In this document: one piece after another, positions 1-10,413 of the stretch
Position numbering within the stretch: the stretch's first letter is position 1
How the letters are laid out: each line of letters starts with the position of its first letter
DNA from: Minisyncoccia bacterium
GTDB lineage: Bacteria; Patescibacteriota; Minisyncoccia; Phycocordibacterales; CALRBL01
Assembly: GCA_038230075.1 (NCBI GenBank)
Contig: JBBRNV010000002.1
Coordinates: 1 to 60,214, forward strand
DNA length: 60,214 bases
Direction: 5' to 3'
Made by a program: the position numbers and the translations under genes
The notes under the pieces: model-generated
Seen by the model: only the letters and a program-made list of their open reading frames with translations
Told to the model about the DNA's origin: nothing
The model's database searches: none

Positions 1-267
1 ACCAATCACAAGCATGATGACTGCAAGAAATCCCGCAGCTGCTATTCCTAGTTTGAAAAGACTGTTGATGTATGTTCCGAGTGATGTTCCCGTGTCGACA
101 CCTGATGCAGGTACAAAGTTTCCAATGGGGGCGAGAGGAATGTAGTTAGTGCTTGCATCAGCAAATGCTTCGTTTTTCGTGAACGAAGTGAGTGCTACAC
201 AAGTTGTGAAGAAGAGTAAAGAAAAGAAAAATCGGTAAAAATATTTTGTATTAAAGCGATGTGACAT
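1..267 (-). CDS. Pilin-like membrane protein (CPR TrbC/VirB2-like), partial, runs off window start
   Basis: Manually translated from ATG at 267: MSHRFNTKYFYRFFFSLLFFTTCVALTSF...NYIPLAPIGNFVP...LGTYINSLFKLGIAAAGFLAVIMLVIG. Signal-like N-terminus then a hydrophobic helix; not in the ORF track because it is truncated. Confidence 0.55.
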   Translation of the reverse strand, partial: MSHRFNTKYFYRFFFSLLFFTTCVALTSFTKNEAFADASTNYIPLAPIGNFVPASGVDTGTSLGTYINSLFKLGIAAAGFLAVIMLVIG

Positions 268-1348
268 CGGTTGATGTGTTGTTTTTTCCAAAGAGAATAG
301 AAATATTGGCCCCTGATGTTTGTAGAAACTGATTGGTGTTTTCAAGAATAACTGAAGCTACTGATTGTCCTGTTTTTCCACTCGTGTTTCTAAACACGAG
401 TGAGTTTTGATTGTCAGGAAGCACAACAGCTGTTCCATTAAGTGACCAACTGTATTTTAAGTTAACTCCAGACTTATTTGCTGTATCGAAATAATATGGA
501 AATGCTTCAAGTTGTGCCTCATCTGTTTTCAATGAGTACGCGCCATATACTGCCTTATTAAACATGATCCCAAGAAGTGGTCGATTTTCATACACCACCA
601 ATCGAGGGTCAGTTGGACCGATAAGTGTTGCACCACTTCCTTTTACTGTTCCATCAGGTGAGCTAACATCGACGTCTACTTCTGAATCTTGAACAAGAAC
701 AGGTCCATCGAATTGATATGTTTTTCTTCCGTAGCCTGAATTATCACCATCAACAGTTCCGTCGACTGTCCATTTATAGATTAACTCATCTGCGTTATAA
801 ACTTTTCCATTATCACCAACTAAATTTGGAACAGCTAAGAAGGTGAGATGTCCTTGTGGGGTAAACAGAGATCTTCCTTTGTAGAAAGGAGGAGTGTATG
901 AGCGTGATTCATATACAATTCCAACTTGTTGAGGTCGAACTTTAATTTCTCTGATACTCACTCGCCCACTTGGAGCAGTTATTGATACTCGAATAGTATT
1001 TTCTTGCCCAGTTTTTCCAGCATTCATTGAGAAATCTACTTTTCCAAGACCTTGAAGTTTTGTTACTCCATCAATGCTCCAAATGAATTTTGATGCGTTT
1101 ACATCGAAAGCATATGATTCAATGTGAACATTTACTGTTTGGTTTGGAGATGGGTTCTCAGGGCTTACATCTACAAGAATTTGTTCTTCGATTTCCGGCA
1201 CATAGTCGAAACCTTGAATTGACGATGTTGCAGATGCTTCGGTGTACCGAGTGTCTACAGCATCTTGCGCTCTAAGAGGAGAAAACCAAACTATTCCAAC
1301 AAATGAAACAATTGTTACAAATAGAAATATTTTAATGAAACGAGACAT
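251..1348 (-). CDS. Secreted protein with three Ig/PKD-like beta repeats
   Basis: N-terminal signal/TM; repeats FIWSIDG, YKWTVDG, YSWSLNG. Confidence 0.6.
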   Translation of the reverse strand: MSRFIKIFLFVTIVSFVGIVWFSPLRAQDAVDTRYTEASATSSIQGFDYVPEIEEQILVDVSPENPSPNQTVNVHIESYAFDVNASKFIWSIDGVTKLQGLGKVDFSMNAGKTGQENTIRVSITAPSGRVSIREIKVRPQQVGIVYESRSYTPPFYKGRSLFTPQGHLTFLAVPNLVGDNGKVYNADELIYKWTVDGTVDGDNSGYGRKTYQFDGPVLVQDSEVDVDVSSPDGTVKGSGATLIGPTDPRLVVYENRPLLGIMFNKAVYGAYSLKTDEAQLEAFPYYFDTANKSGVNLKYSWSLNGTAVVLPDNQNSLVFRNTSGKTGQSVASVILENTNQFLQTSGANISILFGKNNTSTDVTSL

Positions 1349-1371
1349 GTATATAGTATATCAAGTTATTT

Positions 1372-1911
1372 TTATGCTGCCATGGGAACGTCATCAGAGT
1401 TATTAGATCTTATATCACTTCCAAAGTTTCCTTGGATAACTTTTCTTTCAGATGGTTCGTTTTGTGATTGCGATTCTTTTGCGCCGTACTTTTCCTTTTT
1501 GTTTTCATGCTCTGCGGCTAACTGTTGTTGCACATTTTGGTTATGCAGATCATCTTCTTTTTTTGTATTATCAACAATCTTACTTACCATGGCCACAATT
1601 CCCCCTTTCACTTTTCCCTTGTCTACCCCAAAAAGAAGCGGTCCTACAATTGGAATTTCGTTCAACAAAAATCGAGAAAAAAAGATTAATCTATTTCCGG
1701 CACTAAGAACATTTACTCCGCTAAATGCAAACCATATTGCAAAAAGGAGATATTCTGCTATTTCCATGAAAAAATTAGCAGCTTCTCCCACCCCTATCCA
1801 TAAAAGTAAGACGTCTATAAGAAAATTGAGCCCATAAAAGATCCACGCCAACATTGTCATGTTGAACTTGGTCATTGTGCTGATTCTATTTTTAAACACC
1901 AAAATTGCCAT
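1372..1911 (-). CDS. Hypothetical membrane protein
   Basis: 179 aa; several hydrophobic segments then a charged tail; co-oriented in cluster. Confidence 0.6.
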   Translation of the reverse strand: MAILVFKNRISTMTKFNMTMLAWIFYGLNFLIDVLLLWIGVGEAANFFMEIAEYLLFAIWFAFSGVNVLSAGNRLIFFSRFLLNEIPIVGPLLFGVDKGKVKGGIVAMVSKIVDNTKKEDDLHNQNVQQQLAAEHENKKEKYGAKESQSQNEPSERKVIQGNFGSDIRSNNSDDVPMAA

Positions 1912-1962
1912 GTCTCTATAATACTATAATTTGAAGTACTGAGAGAATATTCTTGTTGGCTA

Positions 1963-3786
1963 CTAGTTCCCTTTCATTTCTTCTTTGTCCTTTCTAGCTT
2001 TTTGAATAGCAAGAATTTGAGATGGGTTTGAAGTGATGATTTGATCTTCAGTATACGAAGCGATAATTTTAATCGCTACGTGTTTGAGGCCTGCAAAGAA
2101 TATTCCCTCTCCCACATTTGATTCAAGAAGAAGATATTTTTCTTCATCGGTAAGGTTGAATGTTTTCTGAACACTGTCGATTGATGAAGGAGATTGTTTT
2201 AAAAGAATTTGAATAGATGAGTTAGTAATGATGGGTAGTCCGTAAGGAGATTTAAGAAAGTCTTCCACGTCTTGAGTAATGGTTGCCAGTCCTAAATAAT
2301 ATTTTCGTCCTCGTTTTGCCAAAGAAAGTAAGAAAGAGGCCGTATCTTCTGACTTCATCATCCACCACGCTTCATCAATAACAAGAAGACGCTTCTTCAA
2401 CTGTTTTCGAATAGCATTCCAAATAAAGTGCGTAACTATGTACATAGCAACAGGCTTAAGCTCGTCTTCCATGTCTCGAACGGAAAACACAATGAATTTC
2501 TTGTTAATATCGATGTTTGTTGGTCTGTTAATGAATCCTGACCATGTTCCTTTGGTATATTTTGAAAGTTTTTGAACTAAGTTTTCTGCCCCCTCCATTC
2601 CAGCAAGTACAAGTTCGAAGTCGCTCAGAAGTGGTGGCTCTACATCGGTAAAATCTGACTCTGGAGTAATATCTTTAAGTGCATATGTTTCGCTGATTGC
2701 TCGATCAATAATCGCATCTTCTTCAGGACTTAAGCCTCCCATCATAATTCTGAAAAGTCCTACAAGATTTACGATGTTTGATCGAAGAATGTCAGCACCA
2801 CTCTCGTCTGGCCGAGGATGTGGTAAGTCAAATGGATTAATATGATGTTCTGATGTTAAAGAAATGTTGAAGTGTCTTCCCCCAGTCACTTCTGCCATAT
2901 ATTCATATTCTCTTTCTGGATCGATAACAATAACATCTGCATCAAACATCAGTGTTCGAAGAATTTCGAGCTTTGTTGTGTATGATTTTCCTGATCCAGC
3001 CTTAGCAAATGTAACTGAGTTGTAGTTTTCGAGTGAAAATCGGTCGAAAAGCACTAAACTTGAGTTATGTCGGTTGATTCCATATAAAATTCCTTTATCA
3101 GACGTAAGGTCGAATGAGGTGAAAGGAAAAATACTTGAGAGTGGAGCTGAGTTCAATTTTGTATGTACTCCTAACTGGTCATCAGCAATAGGAAGTGTGC
3201 TTTTAAATCCTTGTTCTTGTTGAAATAATGCCGGTTTAATGTACACCAAACTTGATTCAAGCATTGATTTTACCTCAGACTCGAGTTTGTCGAGCTCTTG
3301 TTCGTTGTCTGCATACACAGAAATATAAAGTCCTACATCAAATAGCCGTTCCTGAGCTTGTTGAAGGTTGTCTCGAAGTGCTTCGATGTCTTGATACGCT
3401 GTGTCGAGCATTGGATCTCGCACTAATCCTTTTTCTTCTCGCATATGAATCTGACTTTGTACTTCTGCTACTTTCTTTTGGAGCTCTTTTAACATCTCAG
3501 ATGTTTCAATTGGATGAATAAAGATAGAAATATCGAAGATTTTGTCGAGGTTAATGATTGGTGAGAACCATGACTCCCCTAAAAATCGAGGATATGAGAT
3601 AACAAAAAATGTTCGAACTACTTTGTCTCCTAAATTCATCTCTTTTGCTGTAATTTTAAGCGCAGAAGGAGCAATAATGTCTTGAAGCTCAAGCATTCCT
3701 GATTGATAAATCTCTTGAGGCAAAATCGAAGTAATGATTGGTGCCTTGGTATTGTTTTTTGGTTTGAATATATCGAAGAGTCCCAT
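1963..3786 (-). CDS. VirB4/TraC-like secretion ATPase
   Basis: Walker A AKAGSGKS, DPEREY, Walker B LLVIDEAW, LAKRGRKY, ATITQDVEDF. Confidence 0.9.
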   Translation of the reverse strand: MGLFDIFKPKNNTKAPIITSILPQEIYQSGMLELQDIIAPSALKITAKEMNLGDKVVRTFFVISYPRFLGESWFSPIINLDKIFDISIFIHPIETSEMLKELQKKVAEVQSQIHMREEKGLVRDPMLDTAYQDIEALRDNLQQAQERLFDVGLYISVYADNEQELDKLESEVKSMLESSLVYIKPALFQQEQGFKSTLPIADDQLGVHTKLNSAPLSSIFPFTSFDLTSDKGILYGINRHNSSLVLFDRFSLENYNSVTFAKAGSGKSYTTKLEILRTLMFDADVIVIDPEREYEYMAEVTGGRHFNISLTSEHHINPFDLPHPRPDESGADILRSNIVNLVGLFRIMMGGLSPEEDAIIDRAISETYALKDITPESDFTDVEPPLLSDFELVLAGMEGAENLVQKLSKYTKGTWSGFINRPTNIDINKKFIVFSVRDMEDELKPVAMYIVTHFIWNAIRKQLKKRLLVIDEAWWMMKSEDTASFLLSLAKRGRKYYLGLATITQDVEDFLKSPYGLPIITNSSIQILLKQSPSSIDSVQKTFNLTDEEKYLLLESNVGEGIFFAGLKHVAIKIIASYTEDQIITSNPSQILAIQKARKDKEEMKGN

Positions 3787-3787
3787 G

Positions 3788-4444
3788 TTATTTTTGAAGT
3801 TTAATTGGCTTATCTACTTCTCCTGGATTAAACACTTTTACAAACAGTTCAACTAATTCTTCAGTGCCGAGTTCTGCTACTCTGATTCCACATCGTGACA
3901 GTCCACTCTCAACTACTTCTACTCGCTGTTCAAGTTGGCTTCGCTGCTCTTCAAATTGCTCATTTGCTGACTCGCCACTTTCTTGTTTTGTTTGTTTCTT
4001 ACTAAATATTCCAAATGTTTTTGATTTACTACCATTTAACAGAGATGGACTATAAGGCACAACAACATAAAAACTTTTCGTCATAATACTCACACTCTCA
4101 GTAAACCCTTTAATGAAGTTAATATACTCTCGGGTTTGAATCTTCATTAGGTCTGTTTGCTGAGCCTTTTCACGGTCTTCGAGAAGAGCTAAATATGGCC
4201 TGATATCAAGCTTTCGTGATTGTATTACCATTTCAACCGAGAAGTTAAGTGAGTTCAGAAAGTTTTGAAACTGAAGAATGATAGATGTTTGCTCATCTTG
4301 TGACTTAAGAGCAAAGTTGAGTGATGAGCAAAGTAGAACAGAACGAAATCCTCCATCTTTCAAAATGATGATACCATCTCGAATTTCTTTGATAGGAACA
4401 AACTCTTGTGTTGCGCCAGCATTTTTAGCTAAAGAAACAGACAT
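3788..4444 (-). CDS. TraC/TrsD-like accessory protein of VirB4-like ATPase
   Basis: QEFVPIKEIRDGIIILKDG, SSLNFALKS..EQ, FQNFLNSL; lies between PrgI-like and VirB4-like genes. Confidence 0.65.
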   Translation of the reverse strand: MSVSLAKNAGATQEFVPIKEIRDGIIILKDGGFRSVLLCSSLNFALKSQDEQTSIILQFQNFLNSLNFSVEMVIQSRKLDIRPYLALLEDREKAQQTDLMKIQTREYINFIKGFTESVSIMTKSFYVVVPYSPSLLNGSKSKTFGIFSKKQTKQESGESANEQFEEQRSQLEQRVEVVESGLSRCGIRVAELGTEELVELFVKVFNPGEVDKPIKLQK

Positions 4445-4461
4445 GCAGTTATTGTATCAGA

Positions 4462-4944
4462 CTAGAACTCTAAGCCAAGAGGATTTTTCTTCTCTTTGCT
4501 CATTCTTTCTTTTGCATTGTTTTGAAGTTCTTTAGTTTCCTTCGCGTATGCCCCCTCGTTAATATCAAGACTCCATGTAAGTTCTTTTAATTTACTCTCA
4601 TTAATTTTTGGAATAATAATTGAAGGCATTTCTCCAAGTTGTGTAATAGTTTCCTTCACTTTCTTTTCTTGTTTCTTCCAAATATATAAACGATCACTTA
4701 AGTAGAAATGAAATGCAGCTTCTACCACGTCTATAAATGGCTTATTATTTACTTTATAAAAAGCTAACGCTAAAGAAAACACGGCGAATGCTGGAATAAC
4801 AAAAATGTAGAGAAAGATTGGAAGAAATTTATAGGAAATGAAGCAGAGTCCAGCGCCTCCAGCAAGATATACGAATTGTCTAAAGGTGAGAGGACCAAAT
4901 ATTTTATCTTCTACTTCAATAAATTGAGGTACCTGAAATCGCAT
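4462..4944 (-). CDS. PrgI-family (VirB3-like) membrane protein
   Basis: MRFQVPQFIEVEDKIFGPLTFRQF, two TM helices, LALAFYKVNNKPF. Confidence 0.85.
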   Translation of the reverse strand: MRFQVPQFIEVEDKIFGPLTFRQFVYLAGGAGLCFISYKFLPIFLYIFVIPAFAVFSLALAFYKVNNKPFIDVVEAAFHFYLSDRLYIWKKQEKKVKETITQLGEMPSIIIPKINESKLKELTWSLDINEGAYAKETKELQNNAKERMSKEKKNPLGLEF

Positions 4945-4964
4945 ACATATAGTATAGCAAAATT

Positions 4965-5711
4965 TTATTCAATAGGTTCTCGATATGGATCAATGTTGTA
5001 GTTTCGAGGAACGTTTGGTGGAATTATTTCAGACAGTGGACGTTTTTTTACTACAGTAGCTTCTTCTTTAGCTACCTCAATCACTTCTTGTTTTTTTGGT
5101 ACCTCCTTTATTATTTCCTTGGCTTTCAATTCAATTTTTTCTCCTGGAATTCGTGTCACTCCTTCTCTTGAAGCTGAAATTAAATGAGAGTTATCTTCAA
5201 TTTTTTTGATATCAATCTGATGTGTAGGTTCAGGAACAATATAGGTATGCGCATGAGCTTCTTCGATTGCCTCTTGAACTACTTCTTTGCTTATTTCTTT
5301 TGGTTCTTCAGTGCTTGAAATGATCACTTTGTGATAATCAGATTGAGGATCTTCAATCTCGTTAAGCAAATCTTCTTTCTTTAAAGTTGCATGATATTCT
5401 TCTGTTTCTTCTTCAGCCCTAAGCATTTCACTCTCTTGAAAATCTGCGTTGTTCACTAAAAGATGTTTGATGTTTTTAATAACATTAAGATCAATCTCTC
5501 GAGCGATCATTTCAGCTGTTGTTTTATCAACCTCTAATCTTTTTTCCAAGTTTCCGACATATTTTCTAGAAGCGGTTCTTCCAAGAAGAAGCATATTTGT
5601 TTCCGCATTTAATTCCCCTATCTGATCGATGTGTAGTTTGAATACACTCCCTACTTTTTCAATAGCTTGAATGTATTCTTCCGAACTAATTATTATTTCA
5701 ACTGGATTCAT
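4965..5711 (-). CDS. Hypothetical protein, acidic, C-terminal DPYREPIE
   Basis: 248 aa ORF co-oriented in cluster. Confidence 0.65.
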   Translation of the reverse strand: MNPVEIIISSEEYIQAIEKVGSVFKLHIDQIGELNAETNMLLLGRTASRKYVGNLEKRLEVDKTTAEMIAREIDLNVIKNIKHLLVNNADFQESEMLRAEEETEEYHATLKKEDLLNEIEDPQSDYHKVIISSTEEPKEISKEVVQEAIEEAHAHTYIVPEPTHQIDIKKIEDNSHLISASREGVTRIPGEKIELKAKEIIKEVPKKQEVIEVAKEEATVVKKRPLSEIIPPNVPRNYNIDPYREPIE

Positions 5712-5750
5712 TCTAAATATTTTTTTGATTGATTAAATGTAACTAGAAGC

Positions 5751-8700
5751 TTAAGGGGTTGAAGGTGGTGGAAGTGGTGTTGTTGGAACAATAGGTGCTC
5801 TTGTTGGTTGTGGAGTAACTACTGGAGGAACATAAGGGCCTCGGTTAGCTCGCCCATATGCTGCAAGTGCCGCTCTTGCTTGTGCCTGCAGTTGTTGTTG
5901 AGGATTTTGGGCGGCGGGAGGTTGCTGGTTTCCTCGAGCTTGTTGAGGATTATTCTGTCCTTGTTGTATTGGTAGGAGACCAAAAGTTTGACGAGCCTCA
6001 TTACTTCCCATAATAAATCCATACGCGTTATGATCTTGTTTTTGTGAAATATGTGCCCCAATACTTCGTCTGATTGGTTCCGCAATAGCTGTCATATCCT
6101 TAAGCTGACTTCGTGTTAATTTGTCGATAACATCTGTGTTTTGAAGAAAGGCTGCTCCTGTAGAACTTCCTGCAATTTTTGATAATGCTTTGCCATCATA
6201 TTGACCGAGTAGAGAGCTGAGTAGCACCTCTTGATTTCCGGTAGCAGCAAGCTGTAAGGCTTGTGAGCGCAATCCCCCAATATTTGCCTTTGTGCTTCGT
6301 AAGAATGAATCTCCCTTTTCGATTTCTTCTTGTTGTTTGCTGTTTGTAAATGCCAACAATAATTTACTTCTGAGCGCTGTCTCTTGATCGGTACTGCCTG
6401 TGTCGAAGCTCTCGGCGCTAAGGTGTTTAAGATCTTTAGGATCGATGTTTGTGATAGCTTTAATATCATCCGGACTAACAGTTTTACCAGATATTAATTC
6501 TAGTTGACCAGTTGCTCCTAATTGGAATTTCTTACGTAGTTCAGTGAGGGCTTGGGTAACATGTGTTGTTCTGCTGTTTTTAAATCTATTCTTCTCTTGG
6601 TCACTAAATGATTTACTCTCGAGAACTTTACCAAACTTTTCTGGTGTAAATTGTTCAGCATATTTGTTTACAAAATCTGCACCCTTCTTTTCAATCTCCT
6701 CAGCACTCAATTGGTTAAGAGCTTTTTCAGCATTAGAAATAGCACTCAATAACACACTTCCCTGATTTGCGGTAAGTCCAGATTTTTTTGTGTCAAGGAG
6801 GTCATTAAGTTCAAAAGTTCCACCAACTGCAATTTTCTGAGCTCTAATTTGTCTAAATTGTTCAATTGCAGCTTCTCCTGCTTTGATTTTTTCATCTCTT
6901 TCACTCTTTTCTCGTACATTTCCAAGTTCTACTAGTCTGTCTTTGTCTTTCTTTTGTCTTTCACCGAGCGATAATGAACCTCCGTACTTTGATGTTTCTG
7001 CAGTCTTCAGTCCCTCTCGTGTATTTTCAAGCAATGAATCAACTCCACTAACGCCAGCAATAAACTTTCCAAATTTGTTCTTTGTGAAGAATTTACCGGC
7101 ACCAGTTTGCGCAAAGCGAGCAGCAGCATTGTCATATTTTTTTCCAGCCCATTCTGCTCCTCTTCCCACTGTGTTTCTTCCAATTGCACCTCCTGTATTT
7201 TTTGCAGCATTTCTTAGTCTTCCTGTTACGTTTCCAAATAACTTTCCTGCAACTTGTGCGCCTTCTCCCCCAACCATTTGAGATGCGGCAATTGAGAAGT
7301 ATACAAGGCCGATAACAATAACGAAGTTGATGATGATTGCTAGTGAGTTTGTCGTCGCTCCTGTTGCTGGTACAAGATTATTAAAATCAAGATTTGTTCC
7401 TCCTGCATTATCAACAATTGCAGTAAATCCTGGACCTCGTACAAAACTGAGCGTGAGGTACATCATGATAATAAAGACAGGTGCCGCCAAAAGTTCTTTG
7501 GTCAATCTGTCCCACCATTGTTTTGCATACGATTGAGTGCTTGGGAGAACTGATGCGATGAATGGAAGGGGTGATGCAATGAGAAGAAGAATAAGAGTAA
7601 CAAATCGAAGAATAAGAATAAGGGTTGCTGCAAGAAATGCAATTGCCGTTATAAGAAGAAACACAGAGCCAGCAAGAGAGATGAGAGTGATTCTCCAATA
7701 ATCGTCAGTGCCGAGATTGTCAGTAATGTTTCCAATAAGAGTTGGATTTCCTCCAGATGCACTTATTGTTTTTCCTTGAGATGCCGCAGCTTTTCCATAG
7801 ATCGATGTTAGTTTGAGTGGACCAAGAAATGCATCTGATAATCCCCCGTCTGCTGCCCCGTTACCTATTCGTATTTGATTATAAAATTGAAGGGTTACAA
7901 TATTTGAAAAGTCTATCAACGCTCTTGTGAAAAATAGACTAAAGTTAATAAGAAGGGCAGCAACCACTAGTTTTACAAGAAGTGTTTTCGAATTAAAGCT
8001 CGATGCTCCAATGATGGTGCCAATTGAGATTATGAGCATGATGAAAATGAAACCTATGTTCGCAAAGTCTCTAATGAGCGACCAACCAGTGACAATGCTT
8101 GTAAGTTTGGTCAGATTTGCTGTTATGTTTACTATAGTAATGCTTATTACTTGATTGAACATGACTCCTGCAACATATAGAATCCAAGAAACAGCTCGAA
8201 GAATCACGTAGTTTGAGAAAGTGGCAACTCCTTTTGCAATACAAGTAATAACAGAAAAATTAAGAAAACTGTTACAAGTATCTTTTGTTTGTGGCACCGG
8301 AGATGTTTTTGCTTGCGCATTGAGGCTTTGTCCACTTACTCCTGTTGTTGGACTCACAACTACTGGATTAGCAGTGCCTGCAACATATTGAGACAAACTA
8401 GTTTGAAGAGGTGGATTCTGAGTTACCACTCTGTCTAGCGCAAGTCGCGCCTGAAGTTCCGCTGCTGTACAAGGTGTTCCATTTCCCGCGTTTGATCCTC
8501 CTGTGCAGTTTAAGTTTATTGAACCATTAAAATTGTTTCTTAGAGCTTGAATAGCATTGTATCTATCATCTTGACTGCTTCCTGTTGCATTCTGTACAGA
8601 TTGAATACTTCGTTCTAACTCAAGCTGCTTTTGTTGTTGTGCCATTGCCGCAGTTGCTTGTGTGGGAGTTTGTTCGCGACCTGCTGCAGTTGATATTTGT

Positions 8701-9215
8701 GCAACTAATGCCGCTGGATTACTAGCATTTGCACCATATGCTGCATATCCAACTCCGGGCGATGTTGCAATACAACCGCCTTCACATAGTGTTGGATCAA
8801 ATGTTGTCATGTCTGTTCCTTGTACGTTTGAAAAGATTCTTTCTCCTTGTGTTCCGTCGGGATTTACTCTGTATGCATCGGTCACTGTTGTCACACCTGT
8901 TTCTGGATGTATTACTGTTCGTATTATGGTGTTTCCATCACTTGCGAAATGGATGATATCGTTTGTTTGTGCTCCTGAATCTAAGATTCCTCCTGCGATA
9001 AAGATGGAAGTAACACGAGCATCTGCTGCGAGAGGCACTGTTCCGACAAGTTCTGAAGCCACTATTGCATTCGGATTATTTGCTGCGGTCGCACTTGTAT
9101 TACCAGGAGTTACTGTTCCTGTTCGTGGGTCAAATGATCCTTGTGCGATGACACTACTAAAAAGAATTACAAACGTTAAGCTGCTGAGTATGAGATTTTT
9201 AAGTGCCCTTTTCAT
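5751..9215 (-). CDS. Large VirB6/TrbL-like polytopic membrane protein
   Basis: Signal peptide; T/A/G-rich region with Cys pairs; central multi-TM block (GWSLIRDFANIGFIF, ALLINFSLFFTRALID); helical C-domain; Q/P-rich tail. Confidence 0.75.
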   Translation of the reverse strand: MKRALKNLILSSLTFVILFSSVIAQGSFDPRTGTVTPGNTSATAANNPNAIVASELVGTVPLAADARVTSIFIAGGILDSGAQTNDIIHFASDGNTIIRTVIHPETGVTTVTDAYRVNPDGTQGERIFSNVQGTDMTTFDPTLCEGGCIATSPGVGYAAYGANASNPAALVAQISTAAGREQTPTQATAAMAQQQKQLELERSIQSVQNATGSSQDDRYNAIQALRNNFNGSINLNCTGGSNAGNGTPCTAAELQARLALDRVVTQNPPLQTSLSQYVAGTANPVVVSPTTGVSGQSLNAQAKTSPVPQTKDTCNSFLNFSVITCIAKGVATFSNYVILRAVSWILYVAGVMFNQVISITIVNITANLTKLTSIVTGWSLIRDFANIGFIFIMLIISIGTIIGASSFNSKTLLVKLVVAALLINFSLFFTRALIDFSNIVTLQFYNQIRIGNGAADGGLSDAFLGPLKLTSIYGKAAASQGKTISASGGNPTLIGNITDNLGTDDYWRITLISLAGSVFLLITAIAFLAATLILILRFVTLILLLIASPLPFIASVLPSTQSYAKQWWDRLTKELLAAPVFIIMMYLTLSFVRGPGFTAIVDNAGGTNLDFNNLVPATGATTNSLAIIINFVIVIGLVYFSIAASQMVGGEGAQVAGKLFGNVTGRLRNAAKNTGGAIGRNTVGRGAEWAGKKYDNAAARFAQTGAGKFFTKNKFGKFIAGVSGVDSLLENTREGLKTAETSKYGGSLSLGERQKKDKDRLVELGNVREKSERDEKIKAGEAAIEQFRQIRAQKIAVGGTFELNDLLDTKKSGLTANQGSVLLSAISNAEKALNQLSAEEIEKKGADFVNKYAEQFTPEKFGKVLESKSFSDQEKNRFKNSRTTHVTQALTELRKKFQLGATGQLELISGKTVSPDDIKAITNIDPKDLKHLSAESFDTGSTDQETALRSKLLLAFTNSKQQEEIEKGDSFLRSTKANIGGLRSQALQLAATGNQEVLLSSLLGQYDGKALSKIAGSSTGAAFLQNTDVIDKLTRSQLKDMTAIAEPIRRSIGAHISQKQDHNAYGFIMGSNEARQTFGLLPIQQGQNNPQQARGNQQPPAAQNPQQQLQAQARAALAAYGRANRGPYVPPVVTPQPTRAPIVPTTPLPPPSTP

Positions 9216-9239
9216 CTCGTATATTTTTATTATATCATT

Positions 9240-10394
9240 TTATTTTCCAAAACCTTTGCTCAATGTTTGTTTAATTAATTGTGCAACAAGAGCTGTCACT
9301 ACTTGATCAAATTTTGTAGCGAAAACTGTTCTATCAAGAAGTGACCAGCCATTTTTTGTTGCCGCATCTGCTATGTATGAACCTGGTGTTTTTGTTTTAC
9401 ATGCGCCTTTAACGATTGTTGTTTTTCCGTCGCTTCCGGTAACTGTTTTGTCGTCATCACATACTTTGAAAGAAAGAAAACCCTTGTTTGCTAGTGTTTC
9501 TTGTTTGACTTGGTTCTGTTTGTTTAAGCTATTGAAACCAATTTGGTCTGATGTTTTTAGAAATAGTCCGCTTTGTGTATTTTGTGGACTTTGACTCACG
9601 GTGTAAAGGTTGCTCATGTTTGCGACACTTCGTGAGCCTGAAGTAAATGCATTGTATCCTTGTTGTGTCTGCATAATTTTTGACAGACTACACGACATTC
9701 CATTTCCACCTTTTCCACCATATTGACTTGCTAAGTTGAGGCCAACTTGAGCAGTAATTGGCTTACAAAGATTGAAACCGAGTGTTCCTTGTACAATTCC
9801 GTTAATAAAAGAACCTGCCTCATTGTCGAGAATATTTTTGAAAAATTGTGAAGGATTTTGAATAAAAGCTGGGTTTCCTTTGAATCCACTATTTATCCAC
9901 GCAATGGTTGCGTCAGCGATGTAGGTGATAAATGAGTTAACAAAACAAACTTGCACCGCATCCCATCCAACTGAAATAGGCTTGCCTGCTATCATGAAAC
10001 CAGCTTGTGCCTGGTCAGCAGCACTCGTTGTTTTAACAGCAGTTACAGCTGCTGCAACTCCCCCTGCTGAACCTGGCCCTGAGCGAACCAATCCTTGAAC
10101 AATAATTTGAGCTAAACATGTGCCCAACGAGGTAGCCGCACCTGTTGTGCTGTTGGCTCCATTCTTTGTTTGGCCATTTCCTCCAGCGGCTGCGTATACA
10201 GGCTTTCCATTAACAACTCCTACTTGAACCAAACCCCCACCAGAACCACCCCCTCCTGTTTGTTCTTGTGTTGCGGCGTTCGCATCAACTTGAGCCTGTG
10301 TTTGTCCGCTTGAAGTTGTTGGATAAAAAACAAGTCCTATAATAAGTACAAGACAGATGAATGGTCCTGCTTTTAAAAATAAACGCTGCCTCAT
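9240..10394 (-). CDS. Secreted/membrane protein of T4SS-like cluster
   Basis: Start moved to MRQRLF to remove overlap; signal/TM, Gly-rich linker, WINSGFKGNPAFIQNP, several Cys. Confidence 0.65.
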   Translation of the reverse strand: MRQRLFLKAGPFICLVLIIGLVFYPTTSSGQTQAQVDANAATQEQTGGGGSGGGLVQVGVVNGKPVYAAAGGNGQTKNGANSTTGAATSLGTCLAQIIVQGLVRSGPGSAGGVAAAVTAVKTTSAADQAQAGFMIAGKPISVGWDAVQVCFVNSFITYIADATIAWINSGFKGNPAFIQNPSQFFKNILDNEAGSFINGIVQGTLGFNLCKPITAQVGLNLASQYGGKGGNGMSCSLSKIMQTQQGYNAFTSGSRSVANMSNLYTVSQSPQNTQSGLFLKTSDQIGFNSLNKQNQVKQETLANKGFLSFKVCDDDKTVTGSDGKTTIVKGACKTKTPGSYIADAATKNGWSLLDRTVFATKFDQVVTALVAQLIKQTLSKGFGK

Positions 10395-10413
10395 TGTGTT
10401 AATTTTCTTTTCA

